From Candidatus Bathyarchaeota archaeon (GTDB taxonomy: Archaea; Thermoproteota; Bathyarchaeia; Bathyarchaeales; Bathycorpusculaceae), in the NCBI GenBank assembly GCA_963828195.1, contig CAWHDT010000001.1, positions 320,001 through 384,000 on the forward strand: 64,000 bases of DNA, in the 5' to 3' direction. Made by a program: the position numbers and the translations under genes. Under the pieces are notes generated by a model. It searched no databases. It was given only the letters and a program-made list of their open reading frames with translations, and was not told the DNA's origin. Shown one piece after another: positions 18,486 to 27,772 of this stretch (its first letter is position 1; each line of letters begins with the position of its first letter).

Positions 18486-20809
18486 GATAGCACCATTTTT
18501 CTATTGAAGACCGTTTCAAACAAATCCTTCTTTGTATTAAAAGTCTGCTCTTCCAAAATCGATTCAGTTTCCGATGTGCACTCCACAAGCACTTTTTTGG
18601 CATCCGTCTTGATGTTTAAACTTTTCACGTTTGACTGGTGCGTGCAGTCTAAGCCGTCTGCAACACGGAGAAGACTAGCCAAAATCTTTACTTTATGGAT
18701 GTTTGCGCGGTCCAATGTTGCAAGGTTGTAATGTTTCAATTTGGGTAAACCTTTGCGGTGGTATCGCGCTATGCTCGCCACAACACGTCTTTCCTGAGAT
18801 GTGAATGGCAACCGCGTATCATTGAGAATAAGCTTGGCTGACACCTTATGGTGCCCCCCTCTAGCTTTAGATAAGCCTACATCATGCAGAATTGCGGCGC
18901 ATTCCAGCCAGCACCGTTCCCGCTCGCCCAACTGATGAAGGCTAATTAAACCGTCAAAGAACTCTAAAGCAAGCCGCGTAACCTGCATGTAGTGGTCAGT
19001 ATCTTGCCAGTAGCTTTTCGAAATCTTCTCAGAAGCTTCTGCATTTTCTTTGCAGTTTTGAACCATGGCATTCCTTTTGAGGCCGTCTTCCTCCAAAATA
19101 GTATCGAGGGATACGCCGCGCAGCAGCATCTGGGAGAAGCTTTCAGGCAACCCTTTTCTTCTAAGCGCATCAGCGGCAGACTCGACATCGTAGTTTAACC
19201 GAATCAACTCTACATTCAGGGGGTTAAAGCTCAAGATCGCATAAGCCGTCTGAGGATTTCCGTCTCCGGGTCTTCCCACACTTCCAGGATTGACGAAATA
19301 AACTTCGTCTGCCGCCCTCATAAATTGATCATGCGAATGCCCAATGATTATCACATCAGCTTTAGCGGAGTCTGCTAGAACTTTCAGCTGCTCAACCGGC
19401 GTATCATGGTAAATATGCTCTTCAATCGACCGTGGACTCCCATGTGTCACAAACAGTTTTTTACCTGCTACCTTAAGCCTAAGTTCATGAGGAAGAGACC
19501 GCAAATAGCCTTCACATGACTTTGCCAACTCTTTTCTGGCAAATTCCAAAGCTATTTGTTTTTCGCCTTTAGCTTTGGTTTTTCCCCCAATAACTTCTAA
19601 ATCGTAGTTACCAACGATGCTCAACACATTTTTCTCGCATAACAGCTCTATGACTTCATTTGGGTAAGGACCGAACCCTACCGAGTCACCCGCATTCAGA
19701 AAAATTTTTACTCCTCTTACCTCAGCATCTTCAAATACTTTTTCCAAGGCTTGCAGGTTAGCATGAGCATCTGACAAAACTGCGATTTTAACGTCGGGAT
19801 CTGCCAATAACTGTTTTGTCTTTGCCTTAGTCATGGTTAATCCAGCGTCGGTTGTTTTTCTAAGATTAACAAAAAAGTTGCTGTTCATATTTCTATTCCA
19901 AAGACGAACGAATTGGTTGTAGTGTTTTCTTCTCTGTTCTTTTATATAGGATAAAAATTTTAAAAGAGCCTTCTCAAATTTTGACGCTTCTTCTTTTTTG
20001 TTTCCACTGGATTTTATTTTGGCTTTTGCCTTGTCAATGAATTTAGGTATATAATCTGCCCAGACGTCGCAGTCATGCATTTCTCCCAGAACATCTTGAA
20101 AAGCGGTTATTGTTTCTAACTCTTTTGCGAGTTCGTTTTTGTATAATGGCGCGAACGCCTCCATAGTGTAACGGAGTTTCTTGGCGTATATTCTCATTTC
20201 ATGGTGCTTTAGCTTTTTATTTTCCAAGTGCACGTATTTTTCCATCGATAAAAAATCGTCCAGCCTGAAAGATATGTACCAATGAGCCCTTTCCAGCACC
20301 TGATCAGAATCAAAAATAGCGTTTGATTGTTCTGTAATAGTTTCTTCACATAACCTGCGAATTTTCTGCAAGATGTTTGATTCTTCCAGGTTCCCTAAAC
20401 CATCGACAACTGCTGATTGAATGGTTTTTCTGTGGTCTTGACGCTCATTTAACAGTATTTCCAAGCATTCTTTTTCATCTGTAGACTTCAGTTTTTCAAT
20501 GTACTGCTCCATAAAAGCTATTTGAACATCAAAGTCTCTAGCGTCCGCAAGTAGACGCGTGACTTTTTTTAGTTGGTTTGTCCACTTTTTGAATTCTTCG
20601 TCGGAAAAGCAGAATCTGAAAAGCGGAAGCGCAGCCCGAAGCCTGCGTGAAGTGACTCGCATTTTATGGACATATTCAATGTCGTCGCTTCCTTTCACAC
20701 CCTCAATTTGGTCTTCAAAAACTGGGAGAAGTTTTAGGAGCGTTTCAGAGCCGAATTTACAGTAACTTGTGTCGTTTGGGCATGTTCGCGTCTTAACTGG
20801 ATCGTTCAT
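18470..20809 (-). CDS. CHAD + YfcE-like metallophosphoesterase + Ppx-type HD fusion protein
   Basis: CHAD HKMRVTSRRLRA / HEMRIYAKKLRY / QDVLGEMHD; MPP DAHAN, GD, GNYD, HGSP, GHSH, NPGSVG; HD LHDVG, ARYHRK. Confidence 0.88.
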   Translation of the reverse strand: MNDPVKTRTCPNDTSYCKFGSETLLKLLPVFEDQIEGVKGSDDIEYVHKMRVTSRRLRAALPLFRFCFSDEEFKKWTNQLKKVTRLLADARDFDVQIAFMEQYIEKLKSTDEKECLEILLNERQDHRKTIQSAVVDGLGNLEESNILQKIRRLCEETITEQSNAIFDSDQVLERAHWYISFRLDDFLSMEKYVHLENKKLKHHEMRIYAKKLRYTMEAFAPLYKNELAKELETITAFQDVLGEMHDCDVWADYIPKFIDKAKAKIKSSGNKKEEASKFEKALLKFLSYIKEQRRKHYNQFVRLWNRNMNSNFFVNLRKTTDAGLTMTKAKTKQLLADPDVKIAVLSDAHANLQALEKVFEDAEVRGVKIFLNAGDSVGFGPYPNEVIELLCEKNVLSIVGNYDLEVIGGKTKAKGEKQIALEFARKELAKSCEGYLRSLPHELRLKVAGKKLFVTHGSPRSIEEHIYHDTPVEQLKVLADSAKADVIIIGHSHDQFMRAADEVYFVNPGSVGRPGDGNPQTAYAILSFNPLNVELIRLNYDVESAADALRRKGLPESFSQMLLRGVSLDTILEEDGLKRNAMVQNCKENAEASEKISKSYWQDTDHYMQVTRLALEFFDGLISLHQLGERERCWLECAAILHDVGLSKARGGHHKVSAKLILNDTRLPFTSQERRVVASIARYHRKGLPKLKHYNLATLDRANIHKVKILASLLRVADGLDCTHQSNVKSLNIKTDAKKVLVECTSETESILEEQTFNTKKDLFETVFNRKMVLSWKQR

Positions 20810-22913
20810 TCCAGATGCCTCTGTGCTGAATGAGCCACGCTTGAGAGTTGATGATTTTTTCGCCGTCTTTAGGAGTAACTCTCTCGTATGTTCCGTCGGG
20901 CAGTAATCGTCTTGCTTTTACGTTGTCGTGAAGGTGGATTTTAAGCATGTATTCAAGGATAGCGCGGCGCAGCTGAGGGTCAGGCACTGACATGAGAACC
21001 TCGATTCTTTCGTTAAGATTTCTAAACATCATGTCTGAGCTGCCGATAAGAACTTCCTCTTCAGCATCATCATGGAAGTAGTAGATTCGGGCGTGTTCAA
21101 GGAACCTTCCCACAATGGATATCACTGAAATGTTATCGCTTATTCCTTTTACACCAGGTCTTAAGCAGCATAAGCCTCTGACGTTGAGATCAATCTTGAT
21201 TCCCGCCATCGACGCCCTATACAAGGCTTGAATAACTTCCGTTTCTTCCAAGTTGTTAAGTTTAAAAGCTAAGTAGCCCTTGCCTGTTTTCTGGTGAAAA
21301 CTTATTTCCCTGTCAATTCGGCGGAGAATTTCGCTCTTCAACGTTTTAGGCGCCACAAGAAGATGGTTGAATTCTTTTTCCTGAAGCCCATTTATAATTA
21401 TGTTGAAGAGATCTTCAAGTTCAGCTCCCACTTCGGGGTTAGCGGTTAAATAGCCTATGTCCCCGTAGATTTTCGCTGTAACTGCATTATAGTTCCCCGA
21501 CCCTATGTGCGCATATCTTACCAGTTTATCTTTTTCTTTTCTGACGATTAAGCAGAGTTTTGCATGAACCTTAAAATTGGGGAAATTATAAACGGTGTTT
21601 ACCCCGCCCTGCCTTAATTTTGAAACAAGAAGGATATTGTTTTCTTCATCAAATTTAGCTTTCAACTCAACTATTGCAGTTACTTTTTTGCCTTTCTCGG
21701 CAGCCTCTATCAATGCGCCAACAACAGGCGAGTTGTGATCCATCCGATACATTGTTATGCAGATTTCCAAAACATCGCTGTCCCGAGCAGCCTCTTTAAG
21801 CAGATCAACAATTACTTCAAACCCGTCGTAGGGGTGGTATAAGACGAAGTCTTGTTTGTCGATTGTTGCAAACATATCTTTCTCAGGGGTCAGAAGTGGC
21901 GAAATGCAAGGGAGAAAACTTTTGTCTTTAAGGTCGGGGCGATTTATTTTCAGCATTTGCCAGAGATCCACCAACCCGAGGGGTCCATCAAACTCGTAAA
22001 TTAAGTACTCTGGCAAGCCTAATGATGTAGCTATTTCTTCTTTAATTTCTGCAGGCACTTTTCTTTCAAATTCTAGCCTGCTTGGGAGCCCGGCCTTTCT
22101 TGTTGACAGACTCTTCTTAACTGAATTGAGGAAGTCTGCTGACTCATCCATGAGGATGTTTATTTCTCCATTTCGTGTGAGTCTAAACTGGTACGCCGTC
22201 AGGTTTTTTTCGTTAGGAAAAACCAAGTCTAAATTGTTTACCATTAAATCTTCAACGAAGACAAAGTTATACTCTATTTCCTGGCTGTACACGCTCTTCG
22301 GGATTCTTATAAGCCTTCCAAAATCTTCGGTTGGGACATCAACTAAGCAGCAAAAATCTTGTTTAGCAAAACCTGAAACATAGAGCGTTACGTGAAGATT
22401 CTCCACTGCTCCATCCTCGAGACCTTTCCTGTTTGTTCTGACAAGCGGAAGAATGGAGTGCTGAAAGAAGTCGCGAAGGTTTTTTTTGTCTTTTTCTCCT
22501 AACTGATTAAATTTCCAAATGTAGATTTTTTCTTTCGCCAATGCAGGAAGAAGTTCGTTTCTCCAGCAGTCGGCATGCCCTTCAATTAAGGGCAATATTT
22601 CTTTTCTTGTAGCTTCAATCTGCTCGACGGATGTCCTTCCATCCATGGATTTTTCTTCGGATCCTGCCCTAACTTTTTTCATAAGCCTTGGAATTCGCGT
22701 CATGAAGAATTCATCAAGGTTGCTGCCGCAGATGGCGATGAATTTTACCCTCTCAAGAAGAGGATGCCACAGGTCTTGTGCTTCCTCAAGGACGCGTTTG
22801 TTAAATCTTATCCAGCTTAGTTCTCTGTTAATGTAGTAGCTTGGGTTGTCAAGTATTTTTTTTGGATTTAAAGAATTGTTTTCTTCTGAAGCAAGAGTGT
22901 TTGGAGCCGACAA
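20793..22913 (-). CDS. ppk1: polyphosphate kinase 1
   Basis: NRELSW, SNLDEFFM, YHPY, ELKAKFDEENN, KVHAK, GRFLEHARI. Confidence 0.96.
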   Translation of the reverse strand: MSAPNTLASEENNSLNPKKILDNPSYYINRELSWIRFNKRVLEEAQDLWHPLLERVKFIAICGSNLDEFFMTRIPRLMKKVRAGSEEKSMDGRTSVEQIEATRKEILPLIEGHADCWRNELLPALAKEKIYIWKFNQLGEKDKKNLRDFFQHSILPLVRTNRKGLEDGAVENLHVTLYVSGFAKQDFCCLVDVPTEDFGRLIRIPKSVYSQEIEYNFVFVEDLMVNNLDLVFPNEKNLTAYQFRLTRNGEINILMDESADFLNSVKKSLSTRKAGLPSRLEFERKVPAEIKEEIATSLGLPEYLIYEFDGPLGLVDLWQMLKINRPDLKDKSFLPCISPLLTPEKDMFATIDKQDFVLYHPYDGFEVIVDLLKEAARDSDVLEICITMYRMDHNSPVVGALIEAAEKGKKVTAIVELKAKFDEENNILLVSKLRQGGVNTVYNFPNFKVHAKLCLIVRKEKDKLVRYAHIGSGNYNAVTAKIYGDIGYLTANPEVGAELEDLFNIIINGLQEKEFNHLLVAPKTLKSEILRRIDREISFHQKTGKGYLAFKLNNLEETEVIQALYRASMAGIKIDLNVRGLCCLRPGVKGISDNISVISIVGRFLEHARIYYFHDDAEEEVLIGSSDMMFRNLNERIEVLMSVPDPQLRRAILEYMLKIHLHDNVKARRLLPDGTYERVTPKDGEKIINSQAWLIQHRGIWNERSS

Positions 22914-23279
22914 GAACTTCTACCTTAATATTTTCGTTAAGAACAAGTATATATGTTTTAAAAATAGGATTCGTGACTTGTCAAATGATCTTTGTAAAAA
23001 ACAATGCTTTGCTTGACCCGAATTATTTGCTTTCAGCGGTCGTGCTTCCTTGGTAAATCAGATGATTCAACGCATTTTGTTTTGCGAACTGCAAATGTTT
23101 CATATTCGAAGAGGGGAATTTTTTTGTGCATGTTGCGTTACCAATATTTAATTTGAATGGATGTTGTCATTAAGGACTCCGAAAATAGAATATATAGTTA
23201 TAAATAGGGTACATAGTTAGGGGGATAAACAACTCCGCTGAACGCGGCTCATTTATCAACAAACAGCCACGTCCTGCTC

Positions 23280-23840
23280 TTAGATTGACGAATTTGCGCA
23301 TATTTTAGTTTTTTTCTTTTTAAAGGAATAATGGCTGATTAATTCATCAGTAGACCATGGCAGGCAGTCTTTGGCTTGAAACCCTAAAACCGCAGCGTAT
23401 TTGTGGATTAAATCGATGTTTTCGGATTCAATTTCCAGAAGTTCAGGGATGTATCCATAGTTGCCTTTGTAGCAGTCAATATCGAAACGGGTGTGGTCGA
23501 TTATGTAGCTGACTCTGTGTTTCTCCATACTTTCAGTTACCGATAAGCCTATATTTTCCAAGATTTTCTTCATCGTTTCCAGATTTGAAACGTCAACAGA
23601 ATACTCTTCAGCCAGTTTGGCTGTTTCTGTAATATGGACTTTTTTGTATGTTAATTCGATCTTGTCTTGTTCTTTCCTTAAGCGTAACACGTTTTTTGCT
23701 TTATTTATTGTGGCACCTTTGAAGTCAAAAAATAATGTTAGGATATCGTCGTCGAAAATTTTTTTGGCGCCTGAGCTGGCAAGGGTTTCTTCGATTTTTT
23801 TTCTGTTGACTTCTAAAATTTTGACTTCCAGTTCTTTCAT
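23280..23840 (-). CDS. CYTH / class IV adenylate cyclase-like triphosphate tunnel metalloenzyme
   Basis: N-terminal ELEVK, LRLR, LTYK, EKHR, LEIE. Confidence 0.85.
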   Translation of the reverse strand: MKELEVKILEVNRKKIEETLASSGAKKIFDDDILTLFFDFKGATINKAKNVLRLRKEQDKIELTYKKVHITETAKLAEEYSVDVSNLETMKKILENIGLSVTESMEKHRVSYIIDHTRFDIDCYKGNYGYIPELLEIESENIDLIHKYAAVLGFQAKDCLPWSTDELISHYSFKKKKTKICANSSI

Positions 23841-24098
23841 AAACTTTAAGAAAGCTTTTGAGGGTTAAAAGTTTGTGTTTTTGTAAAGCCTCTTCTGATT
23901 TTTGAGGGTGGTTGTCTATTCTTAAAAAACTGAGAATTTGATGTTTTGGCGGCTTAGGCGAATTGCATTGATTTTATAGTAACGCGGGTTGGTTGTTTGA
24001 TGACTTGGTGATCTAGTCCGCAGACTGGGCAGAAAACTATTTCGTAGTTGGAGAAGTTTTCTGGGTATACATCGAATTTTTTTTCGCACCCAACGCAT

Positions 24099-24356
24099 TT
24101 AACTTTCAACTATTGTCACCTCACTTAGTTCGAGCGGATGGGCTCTTTCAATTTGATTAAATTCAAAATATTCGAGCAGAAGCGCCTGGCCTTTTCTGAA
24201 AGTCATGAAGTTGACACCGCATATTGGACATGACACCAACTGGTATTCGTCAACAGGGTCAAACTCGAAAGTTTCTTTGCAGCCTGGGCATGTGAAAGTT
24301 ATCGACGTATTCAATTTTTGCATTTGCTTACGCTCTCTCAGTAAATACTTTAACAT
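24099..24356 (-). CDS. LysW-like zinc-ribbon protein lacking the EDWGE tail
   Basis: CPGC..x..CPICG with LysW-like spacing. Confidence 0.55.
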   Translation of the reverse strand: MLKYLLRERKQMQKLNTSITFTCPGCKETFEFDPVDEYQLVSCPICGVNFMTFRKGQALLLEYFEFNQIERAHPLELSEVTIVES

Positions 24357-24527
24357 GGAACCAATTAAGAAATGCCTTAGTAGTTTTTGTTAACTATATA
24401 GATTCTTCCCTGTTTCTATACTGTTTAATTGCTTTCCGAAAGTAACTTTGCCTTTTCCTCGTAAATTAATAAGGAATCTGTGAAAAAATCTTAACTTCAG
24501 TCTTGCACTTGAAAAAAAATCTACTTT

Positions 24528-24644
24528 TTAATTTGCTTTATCCTGTTGGCCACAATTAATGCACTTACGTGTACCGTCCACTTCTATCCTAAACCATCTG
24601 CTGCCACACTTGCATGGAGCGTCACGCATTGTACAGGTACTCAT
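24528..24644 (-). CDS. 38-aa zinc-finger microprotein (not in ORF track)
   Basis: MSTCTMRDAPCKCGSRWFRIEVDGTRKCINCGQQDKAN: CxCG ... CxxCG. Confidence 0.6.
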   Translation of the reverse strand: MSTCTMRDAPCKCGSRWFRIEVDGTRKCINCGQQDKAN

Positions 24645-24886
24645 GTCCTGCACTTGATTAACTCGAAACACATAAAGTCTCTTAACATAAACTAACAAAA
24701 AAATTAGTGACTATATAGAAAACGTCGGAAGTTTGCGCATATTTTTAGGCTTTTCATAAAAGCGAACTTATTTGTTGCATTTATAAACGAAGCTTTAAGT
24801 AAATTTTTCAAATCAAAATGAAGCTTAAATCCCTTTGGTCTGAAATTTTGCCTAATTGGAGAAAGATTATTTTTGCCCTTCGCACA

Positions 24887-25060
24887 CTAAATAGATTTTG
24901 CAGAAACTATTGCAGCAACGTTTTCTATATCGGCAAGTGTCAAATACGGATTGCCTTATAGAATAGACTTGGAGAAAAAGGAGAAGGCTGAGTGAGCAAG
25001 AGTTCCATTACCTTTACGCCATTTTTAATTTTGGTAATGGCAACTTTTCCTCACTTTTAG
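24887..25060 (+). pseudogene. orphan promoter copy followed by 22-codon signal-peptide remnant (GTG 24992-TAG 25060)
   Basis: Same CTAAATAG / CTAT / TATA layout as neighbouring surface-protein genes; MSKSSITFTPFLILVMATFPHF resembles the leader MNKSRLGIFLIVVMVSS. Confidence 0.5.
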
Positions 25061-25168
25061 GGGAACGTCCAATCATTTTTTGGTAAGATGAAAGCGGCGG
25101 TTTTTCCTTTTTTTGTACGGACTAATAAGACTTGAATGATGCGTTTTCAACCGTGTTTGAATTGAATT

Positions 25169-25229
25169 CTAAATAGTTTTCAAAAAATCTTGTAGCCGCA
25201 TGTTTTCTATGGCGAAAGGTGTTTTATAC
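25169..25229 (+). promoter_or_regulatory. conserved upstream motif CTAAATAG-N30-CTAT..CG followed by BRE/TATA
   Basis: CTAAATAG also at 24887, 29682, 31626, 34386, 60493; CTAT follows 38-39 nt downstream (degenerate at 34386). Confidence 0.6.
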
Positions 25230-25246
25230 TTCCTCCATAGCCCAGC

Positions 25247-26746
25247 ATGACTAGGAGAAAGGCGAAAATGGGAAAAATAGGAAAAGGAACAATCATTATA
25301 GTAGTAATGTTAATCGCGTTTTTTAGTGCGTCATTCATTGCTACCGTACATGCACAGACACAAAACGTAACAATAAACAACACTGTGCAAGTAGAAGATG
25401 GCTCAGGCGCGAATCTTCCAATGAACTTCGAAGTCAACGGAGTACAAACTGACATCACATCGTTCAACTGGGAGATTGGAAGCATTTATACCATAACTCA
25501 GCTTGTAACAACATTTAATGACCAGTATCAATTGGTCCCAGATGGCTTTCAATATGGCGATAACATCACACCCGGCGATACACTTTCATACACAGTTACT
25601 TCAGACCCAGATCAGACAATCACGTTTACTCCAGACCTCTATGTAGGCGTCTATGTACTTACAAACGGAGTAGGTTCAGTCAGTCCCGACGGTTTTCAGT
25701 GGATATACTCGCCTGCATATGCAGACGGTGGCAATCAGCTGCAAATTACCGCAACTCCAACAAATCCAAATCAAGTCTTCGAAGGCTGGACAATAACCGA
25801 TCCTAATGGAGCCGGAAACAGTATAGATGACTCAAGCGCAACAAGTACCATTGCAGAAATCTGGGATTACGGCACTATTACAGCTGACTTCTATCAACCT
25901 CCGCAAGTAAATGTTGGAATAACCAGCGTCTCGTTAACACCAGTCACGGCGCCAGTCGGAGATTCCTCGCTACAAAACGTTGGTGTAACTGTTGATTTGC
26001 AAAATGATAATCCTTATGTAGAGCTGCTAAACATCACTCTGACCACTGGTTCAACTTGGCTGGCTTGGATGAGCACAAGCATAGGTGCCTCTGCTTCTGC
26101 CACAAGTAGCTTCAGCGGCTTGGATTTCTCTAGTTTTCCAGCTGGAACATATACAATCACTGCATATGTCACCACAGTTGGATTAAATCTGTCACCAGCC
26201 ACGATGACTACAACTCAAACAGTCACTATAACTCAACCTCAACCGTCAACTCCAGTCCAAATTGACAGCGTGCAAGTTCCATCTATAGCAACTCAAACGG
26301 GTTTCACGATGCCGATAAATGTTACTTTAACCAACCCGGACACAGTTCAGGAAACAGCAGATATCCAAGTGACAATGAATGCAACCTCAGTCTTTAACAC
26401 AACAGTCACTCTGAATGCATTACAAACTGAAGCAGTTCCCTGCTACTTTAACACCAGTACATTAGCCATCGGTAACTACACTTACACTGTAACAGTGACA
26501 ACTACAATCCTAACGGGCTCTCCCGTAATCACAGCCACTGGAACAACAGGAGTAACTTACTTAGGCGACCTTAATGGAGACTTCAAAGTAAACTTCTCAG
26601 ACTTAATGCTATTCGTTCAGGACTACATCGCTTTTAACACTAATGGCATCTATAATTCCGCGGCAGACTACAACAATGACGGCAGAATCAACTTCCAAGA
26701 CATACAACTGTTCGTTAGCGCATACATCGAGTTTTCAGCTTCGTAA
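25247..26746 (+). CDS. secreted Ig-like/CARDB-like repeat protein with C-terminal dockerin
   Basis: Signal peptide; InlB-B-like segment (ITATP..NQVFEGW); dockerin GDLNGDFKVNFSD...ADYNNDGRINFQD. Confidence 0.85.
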   Translation: MTRRKAKMGKIGKGTIIIVVMLIAFFSASFIATVHAQTQNVTINNTVQVEDGSGANLPMNFEVNGVQTDITSFNWEIGSIYTITQLVTTFNDQYQLVPDGFQYGDNITPGDTLSYTVTSDPDQTITFTPDLYVGVYVLTNGVGSVSPDGFQWIYSPAYADGGNQLQITATPTNPNQVFEGWTITDPNGAGNSIDDSSATSTIAEIWDYGTITADFYQPPQVNVGITSVSLTPVTAPVGDSSLQNVGVTVDLQNDNPYVELLNITLTTGSTWLAWMSTSIGASASATSSFSGLDFSSFPAGTYTITAYVTTVGLNLSPATMTTTQTVTITQPQPSTPVQIDSVQVPSIATQTGFTMPINVTLTNPDTVQETADIQVTMNATSVFNTTVTLNALQTEAVPCYFNTSTLAIGNYTYTVTVTTTILTGSPVITATGTTGVTYLGDLNGDFKVNFSDLMLFVQDYIAFNTNGIYNSAADYNNDGRINFQDIQLFVSAYIEFSAS

Positions 26747-26901
26747 AACCAAAATAACCCCAAAATATCTCTTTTTTCTTTTTTGTATTAAAAAACTCTA
26801 TTCTTACGGAAAATGACAAAATATCCGTGAATAAAAGTTAAAAAAGTTTCTAAGCAGTCTTAATTATCACAGCGATGCACTTTTATGTATATTATTATCT
26901 T

Positions 26902-27390
26902 TCAGGTGAATTGCTCTGATGTTATTTGCCCTTGCTGTCTGTTTTTTCTCCTTTTAACTAAAATTACCACTATTGTTGAAGTTATTATTACCGTAGAGAT
27001 CGTGGCTAAAGCTTCTTCTATGAAAGTTTGTTGGGAGACAAATGTTTGCTCTTTTTCAGACGCATTGTCAAGTAAGTTAGAAGCGTTCTGTAAATCTGTT
27101 GTTGCCGCTTGCCATTGACTCTGGTTAGCTAACGAAGTTGCCTGGTTATACTCTTCCGTGGCGTTTTGAAGGAGTGATTTTGCGTCGGCGTTTTGATAAT
27201 TGGCTTTTTGGGCTTCAGCTATTTTGTTTGTAACTTGGGGTAGCAGCTGAACATATGTTGCCTCAGCTTCAGTATACACCTGTATTGTTGATGGTTGGGA
27301 ATTCCATGTAACGTTTTGAGGCGTTTGTTCCTCTTCTACCCCCTCGACGTGGACATAGTATGTATGTGGACCAACGGTTTCTTGAGGGGG
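26902..27390 (-). pseudogene. 3' remnant of a membrane-anchored surface protein
   Basis: Helical domain + C-terminal TM + KRRKNR tail but no signal peptide. The 5' part of track ORF 26902-27519 is the antisense of a more plausible + strand gene. Confidence 0.5.
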
Positions 27391-27396
27391 AACATA

Positions 27397-27567
27397 GTGA
27401 GAAATTATATCCTGACCGGCAGCGAAAGACACATAGTCAAAAGGTATCTTAAAAAAGGCGAAAAGCTCGATGGTTACAGAACGCTTTTGGCACGTTGCCG
27501 ACATGTGGACACTATCCAAGAAGACATCGCGTTAATCAGCAAACTTCTCGAAAGAGCAAACCAATAG
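27397..27567 (+). CDS. small basic hypothetical protein (56 aa)
   Basis: GAGGGGG SD then GTG; MRNYILTGSERHIVKRYLKKGEKLDGYRTLLARCR... Confidence 0.55.
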   Translation: MRNYILTGSERHIVKRYLKKGEKLDGYRTLLARCRHVDTIQEDIALISKLLERANQ

Positions 27568-27772
27568 CTGAAAAAAAATCGCTCCAATCCCGACACCCTA
27601 AGTTGTAGATGTGCCGCGGTTTGTCATAAATCAAGGAATTAGGAAGATATTTTCGGTTGAATCTTACTATTTTTTTTCTCTGGGTGCTCGTAGAACTATG
27701 GATGCGACAGAGTCGTATATAATATATGAAGAAACAATCTTTAAGGTAAGCCATCTAATATAAATAAAAATT

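Noticed and set aside
24099-24356. lysW
   Set aside because: Lacks the C-terminal EDWGE carrier motif and has no lysX/argX neighbours
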